42,918 nucleotides of DNA from a virus (Duplodnaviria; Caudoviricetes). The stretch covers positions 1-42,918 of IMG/VR virus record IMGVR_UViG_3300048848_000239; one strand, given 5' to 3'. Positions 36,206-42,918 of the stretch are shown piece by piece (position 1 is the stretch's first letter; each line of letters opens with the position of its first letter). The translations under genes were made by a program, and so were the position numbers. A model generated the notes under the pieces. It had not been told where the DNA came from, did no database searches, and saw only the letters and a list, made by a program, of their open reading frames with translations.

Positions 36206-37227
36206 GCGATGTCTCCCAGATCCCGGTTCTTCCAAGCCATCTGGAGGTGCTTGAGCGTCACCTCGTCGCCGTCGCCGATCGCCACCATTGTGGCGAGCTT
36301 CATGGTGCGGTCGATCTGGCGGAGAGCACCCGGCTTCATCGCGATCCCGAGCAGGAACCGGATCATACCTTCGTCCTGGACGTGCCATGCTTCGATCAGG
36401 GTGCGGGCGTCATCACCACGGCTCGGCTCGCGCTTCAGGCGCTTGTCGAAGCGCGACAGGACCTGTGCCCGGCTAGAAACCGACCGCGACTGTTCCTTCA
36501 TGAAGTCGCTGGCCGTGTGCTCATTGCCGAGCAGCGCGACACCGCACTTGTTGATGTCGACGAAGTGCCGGAGCTGGTTGATCGCTTCGGGGACGAGGTT
36601 CTGCGCTTCGTCGATGATCAGGATCGAGCCATCGCCAATCCGCTGCAGCTTCCGACCGATGGCCCGGACCAGTCGCGCCGGATTGTGCTCCAGGACGTCG
36701 AGCTCCGCAGCCAGTTCAACGAGCATCCCGTGCACCGTCTTCGTGTTCGGGCTGATCGTCGCAAGGTAGGAATGCGGCCGCGTCTGGCAGAAGTGCCGGG
36801 CTGCCGTCGTTTTGCCGACACCTGCGTCGAGCGTGATGGCAACGAAGCCGGCTGTCACCTGAGCGTAGGCAAGCGTTTCGAGGATCTCGCGGGCTACCTG
36901 TGTCTGCTGGAAGACTGGCGAAATCGGAACGCGGGAGGCGAGCCCCTCGTTTTCCTCAAGCGCTGCCAGCCAGTTGCTGATCTGGATGTTCTGGTTGACC
37001 AGAACGCCGAGATACTTGCCCGATGCCCACTGCGAAAACGTGCCTTCCGGAATGTCCGTGCGGCGTGCAATTGCCGTCTTGCTCCAGCCATTCGCTGCAG
37101 CCGCCCCGATGACGCGGGAGATCAGCCTGCGCCAGATCTCAACATCCTGCGCCGGGTGCTTGGCTACAAACTCGGCTGTCGGCTGCGGGTGTTCCCATCC
37201 GCTACTTGTGCCTGTGGTGTTTTTCAT
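36202..37227 (-). CDS. MuB-like transposition AAA+ ATPase
   Basis: N-terminal HTH, Walker A DAGVGKT, Walker B LIIDEAQ, GVALLGN, GALR. Confidence 0.93.
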   Translation of the reverse strand: MKNTTGTSSGWEHPQPTAEFVAKHPAQDVEIWRRLISRVIGAAAANGWSKTAIARRTDIPEGTFSQWASGKYLGVLVNQNIQISNWLAALEENEGLASRVPISPVFQQTQVAREILETLAYAQVTAGFVAITLDAGVGKTTAARHFCQTRPHSYLATISPNTKTVHGMLVELAAELDVLEHNPARLVRAIGRKLQRIGDGSILIIDEAQNLVPEAINQLRHFVDINKCGVALLGNEHTASDFMKEQSRSVSSRAQVLSRFDKRLKREPSRGDDARTLIEAWHVQDEGMIRFLLGIAMKPGALRQIDRTMKLATMVAIGDGDEVTLKHLQMAWKNRDLGDIA

Positions 37228-37255
37228 CTACTTGGTTCCTTGCTTAAGTATTCTC

Positions 37256-37287
37256 GGGCGCCCCTTCACTGTGGCGCCCATTTTTTT
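37256..37287 (+). terminator. Intrinsic terminator-like hairpin oriented against the early operon
   Basis: GGGCGCC-N10-GGCGCCC followed by ATTTTTTT, between MuA and MuB. Confidence 0.45.
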
Positions 37288-37304
37288 GGTCGGAACCGTA
37301 CGCA

Positions 37305-39326
37305 TTACTTTTCGGCTCTGGTCTTACGGCCGGGCTTTGATGACCCTGCCGCTGTCTTCCCCGAGGGGAATGGGATGATCGCGCTGTCTTCGCCCATGAT
37401 CCGGGCAAGTCCGCGCGAGAAACTGTTTTCAAATTCACCGTCAGCGATCGCCTCGGCCGATACGGCCGGAGCAAGGTTGCTGCCTGTGATCAGGCGGGTG
37501 ACGACGGGGCGTGGCGCCGGCGCCTCTGGACGCTTCTCGGCCTTCCTGGCCTTGGCGTAGATGTCGGCCAGCTCGTCCGCCGCGATCGTGCGGTTGAGCT
37601 CGAGCAGTGACTTCTGGGCCTTGGCGTAATCGGAAGCCTTTCGCGCTGTTTGGCGAGCGGCTGCTTGGCAGTCGAAGCCATGCGCAAGAATGCATTCGGC
37701 ATCACCGAGGAACCGGCCGGCGCCATCGTAGAGCTTGATCGCGCCGTGAAGGTTGGCCGGGTCGAACCGAATGGTCAGCTTCTTGCCGATCCACTGGTTG
37801 AGAACCGGCGTCCAGTAGCGGTTGCCGAGATAGTGGATCGCGCCATCGGGCTTGCGGGCTGTGACGTTCTCGGCTGCCAGCATCCAGAGAGCGCGCTGCG
37901 CGGTGCTCGAGTAGCGCAGGATGGTAGAGGGATCGGCAACAGACTCCGCAAAGACTGCGTTGAAGCTGCGACCATCGGCCATTTCTGTGCGGCGCCCTTC
38001 GCGGGCGTTGTGCTCTTCGACCATGGCCGCGACGTGCTCCTGAAGCACATCGAGCTTCACGGCGCTGCGCCCGTAGTTCTCGGGCTTTTCGTCCACGTTC
38101 GGCCCTGTGTAGGCTCCGGACATGGCCGGGTGCCGTGAGATCTCGTCAGCCAGATCTTTCCAGGCGCGTTCGATTGGCTTTGACCGGCCAGAATAGGGCT
38201 TGGTGAAGTGCGCGTTGATATCGAGCGTCTTCAGCAGGCCGGCGACCTCGTCTTCCGTGATCTTGAACCGGTTGCGTGCCGTCGCCTGACCAGAAATCTT
38301 CTTCGAGGCGAACGCGCGGCCGTTGTCCATGTAGATGTGGTAGGGCAGCGCGCCGTCCGCGTTCTCGATCATGGCGCCGATGCAGGAGCGAACGGCCTCC
38401 CACGTCTCGGCTTCCGACAGGATCCACGACAGAACCTTGCGGGAGTAGATGTCCTGGATCCCGATAAGGATGACGCGGACAGGCACCTTCTTCCAGGGCA
38501 CGCGCACGAACAGGTCGAGCTTGTGCCCATCGGTGTTGACCATCTGCATGGCGTGCAGGTGAGCAACGGAACGGGTCTGCGCCGGGAACAGCCGAGCGGC
38601 AGCTTCCTTACCGTCCCGTGCCAAGATCTGCACTGCCTTCGGCACCTCGGCTTCCAGACGCCGGCGTAGGGAGCGCTCGGATGGGATCGGCGACCAAGCG
38701 TTGGCCTTTGCAGCCGTCATCATCCGGCGGAAGCAGGACGAGAACTTTGGCTTTTCGGGCCGAAGATAGTCTGACTTCAGCGTTGCCCAGGCGTCCGCGT
38801 GGCAGTCCGCACGTTCGACGACAATACCATTGACCGCTGGCGAGAAAGCCGGCGCAAGCGCCGCGAGCCAGTCGGCCCGCGCGTGGCCTTCGACCATCTG
38901 ACGCCAATTGTAGTACGTCCGCTCGGCGACATCTGCCATGCGTGTGCAATGCTTGACGGCATCGGTTGTCTTGATGCCAGACTTCTCCATGTCGTCGACC
39001 GCGATCAACACGTTGAAACGCTTCCGGCAGATCGCCTTGTGCTCGTCCGTCAAGGCTTCAAAGCGGCCCCAAAGGAGCTTTGAAACGTCTTTGACTGCCG
39101 CAGCGGTAAGATCCGTGTTGAGGAAGGCGAGCTTCTGCCGAGCTTCCTGCGGCAGAAGCGAATAATGGTACTCCAGCCCGCCGCCACGCTTGGCCAGCGA
39201 CCGGAATTTTCCGGGCTGCTGATCCCATCCCGCGCGGTCCGCATGATCGTGGATGCGCCGGATGGACGTGGGAAGGCCCGGCAGCTTTGCCTCGGCAAGG
39301 TCGGGGATGGTGAACCACTCTTTCAT
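37305..39326 (-). CDS. MuA-like DDE transposase
   Basis: Mu-type HTH (KEWFT...GGGLEYH), DYLRPEKP, catalytic NTDGH / YMDNG / KPIERAW, RFDP C-terminal domain. Confidence 0.95.
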   Translation of the reverse strand: MKEWFTIPDLAEAKLPGLPTSIRRIHDHADRAGWDQQPGKFRSLAKRGGGLEYHYSLLPQEARQKLAFLNTDLTAAAVKDVSKLLWGRFEALTDEHKAICRKRFNVLIAVDDMEKSGIKTTDAVKHCTRMADVAERTYYNWRQMVEGHARADWLAALAPAFSPAVNGIVVERADCHADAWATLKSDYLRPEKPKFSSCFRRMMTAAKANAWSPIPSERSLRRRLEAEVPKAVQILARDGKEAAARLFPAQTRSVAHLHAMQMVNTDGHKLDLFVRVPWKKVPVRVILIGIQDIYSRKVLSWILSEAETWEAVRSCIGAMIENADGALPYHIYMDNGRAFASKKISGQATARNRFKITEDEVAGLLKTLDINAHFTKPYSGRSKPIERAWKDLADEISRHPAMSGAYTGPNVDEKPENYGRSAVKLDVLQEHVAAMVEEHNAREGRRTEMADGRSFNAVFAESVADPSTILRYSSTAQRALWMLAAENVTARKPDGAIHYLGNRYWTPVLNQWIGKKLTIRFDPANLHGAIKLYDGAGRFLGDAECILAHGFDCQAAARQTARKASDYAKAQKSLLELNRTIAADELADIYAKARKAEKRPEAPAPRPVVTRLITGSNLAPAVSAEAIADGEFENSFSRGLARIMGEDSAIIPFPSGKTAAGSSKPGRKTRAEK

Positions 39327-39784
39327 CAGCGGCCCCGACGCTTGGATGCGACTGGCCGGGCCTGAAGCGTCCTAAGTTCGGCTGCCAGCTCACGCTGTTC
39401 CTGCCGAAGCCGCCCGATTTCGGCGAACCGGGCCTCGTCCCCTTCGAGAAGGATGAAGCCGTCGTCGCTCAGCACAACATCCCAGAGCCAGACAGCTCCG
39501 GTTGCCCGGACGAACGCCTTGAAGCGCACGAGGCTGATGTCGTGGGCCGTCTTGCTCTCGGCTGTGTAGGCATCAAGAGCGCCCTTCGACACGGACGACA
39601 GGCCGAGGTAGTGCGCCATACGGGCAGCGATCGTCGGCCGGTCATAAGGGCACTCGCGGATGGCACGGGCCATCTCGCGCTTGAGCAGAGAACGAAAACG
39701 ATCGAGATCGATCCGCTCGGCAGCCTGCCGAACGGGGAAGACGGCTTCGTTGAAGAAGTCGAACTGGTGAGGATCGCGCTTCAT
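39326..39784 (-). CDS. Conserved early hypothetical (putative DNA-binding) protein
   Basis: ATG 39784 (ATGA overlap); IAARM...LDAYTAES...ISLVRF pattern; TGATG coupling to MuA. Confidence 0.75.
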   Translation of the reverse strand: MKRDPHQFDFFNEAVFPVRQAAERIDLDRFRSLLKREMARAIRECPYDRPTIAARMAHYLGLSSVSKGALDAYTAESKTAHDISLVRFKAFVRATGAVWLWDVVLSDDGFILLEGDEARFAEIGRLRQEQRELAAELRTLQARPVASKRRGR

Positions 39785-40620
39785 GCCGCGCGCTCCAGGA
39801 AGGAGAAGTCGGCACTGGAACCGACGTGATCGAGGAAGCGACGTTGCGTGTCTTCGTCGGCCTTGTGCCAAAGAGCGGCCATCTTGTCGAAGATGGCTTC
39901 CTGCGGATCGATCTCAGCCTTCGGCCCCTTGAGCCACTGGAGGACCGGCTTGAGATCAGGGCTTTCCTTAAGCGCAGCGGCGACCTTCAGCTGATCGTCG
40001 GCCGAAAGCTTTGCAAGCTTTAGAAGAGCAGATTGGTCGGTTTCGGCATCGGTGCCACGCACGGCCTGACGCAGTGTCGGGTGCAGGTTTTGCCCGATCC
40101 GCGTGACCTTCTTGTATGTTGTGTCGCCGAACCCGAGGCGGTCCTGCACTTGCTTGGCAAGTTCACGTCCGGCGGAGAACACCGAAGGGCACTCGGTGCC
40201 CTTCGGGAGCTTTGAGCCGATCTTGAGGTTTTTCGCACGGTCGATCTTGCCGTGCTGCTCCTCCCACAGACTGCGATACGTCATCACGAAGATGGCGCGA
40301 TCGAGCGGGTTCAGCTCGTTGCGGTAGAGATTCTCGGAGATCTCTAGCATCTGCGCTTCCTGCGCATCTGCCTCGACGATGATGGCGTCGATCTCGGCCC
40401 AGCCAAGCAGCTTGGCAGCCGTGGTGCGATAGCCGCCGGCAACCAGGGTGAAGGGCGTAGCACCCTTGTTCTTGGCAGGCGTCCGGCGGATCATGATCGG
40501 ACTGATTTGGCCGCGCTCTGTAAGCGAGGCGGCGATCATTTCGACATAAGCGGGGTCGATCGGCCGGAGCCGGTCGCCAATGTGGATGTCGGAAAGGGGT
40601 GCACGGATGAACTCAGCCAT
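39781..40620 (-). CDS. ParB N-terminal domain protein
   Basis: IHIGDRLR, GQISPIMIR, LVAGGYR and EISENLYRNELNPLDRA. Confidence 0.88.
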   Translation of the reverse strand: MAEFIRAPLSDIHIGDRLRPIDPAYVEMIAASLTERGQISPIMIRRTPAKNKGATPFTLVAGGYRTTAAKLLGWAEIDAIIVEADAQEAQMLEISENLYRNELNPLDRAIFVMTYRSLWEEQHGKIDRAKNLKIGSKLPKGTECPSVFSAGRELAKQVQDRLGFGDTTYKKVTRIGQNLHPTLRQAVRGTDAETDQSALLKLAKLSADDQLKVAAALKESPDLKPVLQWLKGPKAEIDPQEAIFDKMAALWHKADEDTQRRFLDHVGSSADFSFLERAA

Positions 40621-40988
40621 TACGCGGCATCCTCTACGGCTTCGTTCAGTGCGGTCATGAACAGATCGTTGGCGCGGGCAGCGATTGCCCGGTAAGTCCG
40701 CTCGAAGACAGGCTCATCGCGACGATAATCGACCGTGCGAACAGCTTGGCCGACCATGGTGCGACCGACGCTGAGGAGCACCATCACGCGGCGGCGCGGG
40801 ATTTGGAACTGGACCATGAGGACATGGATGGCAACCTGACGCGCAAGCGCGGCGTCGAACATGTCGACCGGCGGATCGATGATGAAGCGGATCGGCAGGT
40901 GGTTGAAATGGGACCGGCTGGCACGAAAGGCAGCTTCCACCATGGCCTGCATGCGCTCTTCGGCGGAGAAGGGATTGAGATGGCTCAC
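40620..40988 (-). CDS. DnaA C-terminal-like HTH protein
   Basis: LARQVAIH...GRTMVGQAVRTV..RR.EPVF resembles the DnaA domain IV pattern. Confidence 0.65.
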   Translation of the reverse strand: MSHLNPFSAEERMQAMVEAAFRASRSHFNHLPIRFIIDPPVDMFDAALARQVAIHVLMVQFQIPRRRVMVLLSVGRTMVGQAVRTVDYRRDEPVFERTYRAIAARANDLFMTALNEAVEDAA

Positions 40989-41272
40989 AGGCTGGCCCTC
41001 GCAATGCTGATGATGACCGCGACGAGACCCATGGCGATGACGCCGAAGATCATGGTCGTGTCGGCAGTCCGGCAGATGGATGAGCGACCCGGGATAAACG
41101 GATTACTGCCAAATTCAGGCGTCACTTTCGCCATAGGCTTGAGCACGGAAACGCGAGAGACTTCAGTTGTGGCGCGGACGGCGCCGTGACTGACGGCCGG
41201 GGACTTCGGGTCCCTGCGGCAATCGTCGCGGTAGGCTAGAGCAGACGGTTGTTCGTTCGCGCCCACCATCAC
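40985..41272 (-). CDS. Small protein with C-terminal TM segment (start uncertain; alternative ATG 41134)
   Basis: Fills the gap between ner and the next gene with GTGA overlaps; hydrophobic MIFGVIAMGLVAVIISIA. Confidence 0.45.
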   Translation of the reverse strand: MMVGANEQPSALAYRDDCRRDPKSPAVSHGAVRATTEVSRVSVLKPMAKVTPEFGSNPFIPGRSSICRTADTTMIFGVIAMGLVAVIISIARASL

Positions 41273-41535
41273 GCGGCACTCCGGCCGACGTTGGCATACT
41301 TCGGCGAGAGGATCTTGGATGTCGTCTTGGGATAACGATCAGGGAAGAGCTGCTCGACGGGCTCGCCCAGGAAGTCGGCGATCGCCTGTTCAGATTTTGC
41401 GTTGGGACGGTTCCAGATCGTGCGGAAACCCCCAGGACTGACATTGTTGATCTCAGCCAGTTTCGCTAAGGTCATCCCACGGCGGCGAAGTTCGCCTAGG
41501 ATGGCGTGACGGTCCCACTTTCGGGGCTTGGTCAT
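41269..41535 (-). CDS. ner: Ner/Nlp (SfsB)-like HTH regulator
   Basis: WDRHAILGELRRRGMTLAKLA...EQAIADFLG...LFPDRY; AGGAG RBS before ATG 41535. Confidence 0.88.
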   Translation of the reverse strand: MTKPRKWDRHAILGELRRRGMTLAKLAEINNVSPGGFRTIWNRPNAKSEQAIADFLGEPVEQLFPDRYPKTTSKILSPKYANVGRSAA

Positions 41536-41550
41536 CCGGTTTCTCCTGCG

Positions 41551-41578
41551 AAAAGCGGATGTTGGCGCATCCGCTTTT
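41551..41578. terminator. Bidirectional terminator-like hairpin in the ner leader
   Basis: AAAAGCGGATG-TTGGCG-CATCCGCTTTT, an 11-bp perfect stem ending 3 nt before the ner RBS. Confidence 0.6.
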
Positions 41579-41634
41579 TGTTGAATGTTATTGAGCACAA
41601 GCAGCCTGCATGATGCGGCTGCCATTGATAGGAT

Positions 41635-41675
41635 TAAACCGTGATCCGGGTTTTGTAAACCCAATTATTGGTTTT
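41635..41675. promoter_or_regulatory. Tandem operator pair of the immunity region
   Basis: TAAACC-N8-GGTTTT at 41635-41654 and again at 41656-41675, between the divergent ner and repressor genes. Confidence 0.65.
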
Positions 41676-41686
41676 TTGGATTTTAC

Positions 41687-42376
41687 GTGGCTAGACCAGA
41701 GACACCCCCGAAAACGGCCTTAAGCGCGCGGTTGCGCGAGGCTCGGCGTCACGCGGGTGATCCAGATCGGGATGAGTTTGCTAAGAAATTGGGCTTAGCG
41801 AAGAACACGTTGGCGTCTTATGAGCGCGGCGACAGCGCGCCGGATGCTGAAACACTAGCCATGTACCGTCTCCAGCTCGGGATCGACATCAATTGGTTGG
41901 CGACCGGTCAAGGTGAAATGATCGAAGGCCCGAAGCTGCCATTGTCGCTGCAGGCGGACTTTGTTCGCTTGCCTCAGTATGATGTTGCAGCCTCAGCCGG
42001 ACGTGGTGAGATCACTTACGTTGAGCATGCGGCGAACGAGGTGACGTTTGAAAAACGCTTCCTGCGTGGTCTGGGTGCGCAACCTGAGAGCTGCTTCCTC
42101 ATGTGGGCAAAGGGCGACAGCATGCTGCCCACATTCCCAGATGGGGCAATGCTGATCGTCGATCAAAGCCAGCAGACAGTCGATGATGGCAGGATCTATG
42201 TCTTCAACGCTGAAGGCAACCTACTAGTAAAGCGGGCTCGCTGGCGGTTTGACGGTAGCCTAGACCTGATGTCAGACAATGTTGCTGGCAACTACCCGGT
42301 GGAAAGCTTTGTCACAGATCGCATCGTCGACCTGATCGTAGTCGGCCGCGTTGTATGGTACGGCCGGTCTGCCTAG
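41687..42376 (+). CDS. Prophage repressor, XRE HTH plus S24 autopeptidase (CI/LexA-type)
   Basis: HTH (FAKKLGLAKNTLASYERG, INWLATG), cleavage site ASAG, catalytic GDSM and LLVKR. Confidence 0.93.
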   Translation: MARPETPPKTALSARLREARRHAGDPDRDEFAKKLGLAKNTLASYERGDSAPDAETLAMYRLQLGIDINWLATGQGEMIEGPKLPLSLQADFVRLPQYDVAASAGRGEITYVEHAANEVTFEKRFLRGLGAQPESCFLMWAKGDSMLPTFPDGAMLIVDQSQQTVDDGRIYVFNAEGNLLVKRARWRFDGSLDLMSDNVAGNYPVESFVTDRIVDLIVVGRVVWYGRSA

Positions 42377-42426
42377 GTTCATTTTCCTAGCAAATTTCGT
42401 AAACTGAGAATCTTTTCCAGCGCCGA

Positions 42427-42461
42427 TTGACTCCCGATCACGATGAGAACAAATTAGGAAC
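42427..42461 (+). promoter_or_regulatory. SOS promoter with alphaproteobacterial LexA box
   Basis: TTGACT -35 (42427-42432) and GAAC-AAATTAG-GAAC (42447-42461) over the expected -10 region. Confidence 0.75.
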
Positions 42462-42490
42462 ATCCGCAGCGTTGAAGCAAGGAGTTCCTG

Positions 42491-42745
42491 ATGGCCTTAC
42501 AGACCAAATACATCATTGTGCCCTTCAAAAAGGTGAAGGGAGGCGCGGTCGTTCCAGGTGAAATGCGAACGGCGTCAAACGAAGGATCGGCCGAGCGAAT
42601 TGCTGAGGCTATGTCGGAGAGATTTGCAGGAACCGCCGCTTTCGAGGTTCTTGCCGACATGGAAACCGGCGAGATGACCAGTCCGAGACTGCTTTGCAAG
42701 TTCGGAAGCATTGTCGATTTCGTAGAGGATGCGGCGGCAGCATGA
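42491..42745 (+). CDS. Hypothetical protein (putatively SOS-induced)
   Basis: AAGGAG RBS; 84 aa; downstream of the LexA box. Confidence 0.8.
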   Translation: MALQTKYIIVPFKKVKGGAVVPGEMRTASNEGSAERIAEAMSERFAGTAAFEVLADMETGEMTSPRLLCKFGSIVDFVEDAAAA

Positions 42746-42918
42746 GCGCGACAAACGAGATCACGACAGCTGAGATGCCAGAGCTTGACCAAGTGCTGGC
42801 TTACCACAACGGCGACACCATCGCCGCCATCGAAACGTTATTGAAAGACTGCCACCATCTCCGCGAGCAACTCTCTCGGGCAAGTTCTGCCTTTAGCATT
42901 GGCTTTACGCGCGGCTAG
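42742..42918 (+). CDS. Hypothetical small protein
   Basis: ATG 42742 in an ATGA overlap; LAYHNGD...IETLLKDC.HLREQL...GFTRG; stop falls at the window end. Confidence 0.7.
   Translation: MSATNEITTAEMPELDQVLAYHNGDTIAAIETLLKDCHHLREQLSRASSAFSIGFTRG

Larger units (their letters stand above)
1776..42376 (-). mobile_element. Mu-like transposable prophage (siphovirus-type tail), apparently intact
   Basis: Mu-type gene order: repressor/Ner, MuA, MuB, GemA, Mor-like, lysis, gp25-gp30, protease I, gpT, gp36, tail, methylase. Tail tube and tape measure present, no sheath gene. Boundaries are approximate; the repressor-side end may lie beyond the window. Confidence 0.93.

Noticed and set aside
42377-42918. 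Phage left end within the window
   Set aside because: No copy of the CCGGAATTTT-type repeats or a matching terminal sequence was found after the repressor.

Overview
High-GC alphaproteobacterial (Rhizobiaceae-like) DNA. The first 1.7 kb is host sequence: mnmA and an elongator tRNA-Met with its own sigma70 promoter. From about 1.78 kb to at least 42.4 kb lies an apparently intact Mu-like (transposable) prophage with a non-contractile, siphovirus-type tail, almost all on the minus strand. In phage gene order (right to left here) it carries: an S24/LexA-type repressor (+ strand), Ner, early genes including a ParB-domain protein, MuA transposase, MuB ATPase, DUF3164, an inverted membrane-protein moron, GemA, a Mor/C-like activator, a GH19 lysis cassette, terminase, portal, MuF, protease/scaffold, gpT capsid, head-tail and tail genes (with a G/GT -1 frameshift), a 1929-aa repeat-rich tail-tip protein, an SGNH hydrolase and, where Mu has com-mom, a Dam-type methylase operon. 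A LexA-box-controlled small operon follows the repressor; the far phage end was not identified in the window. The most unusual signal is at 24520-25054. MuF carries a C-terminal PBECR-like nuclease domain with no immunity ORF, and facing it is a compact ~92-nt structured RNA candidate (closing stem, cUUCGg hairpin, kissing-loop pseudoknot) with its own sigma70 promoter. This is a candidate RNA-neutralised phage toxin module. All product calls come from motif recognition and synteny; no database searches were run.
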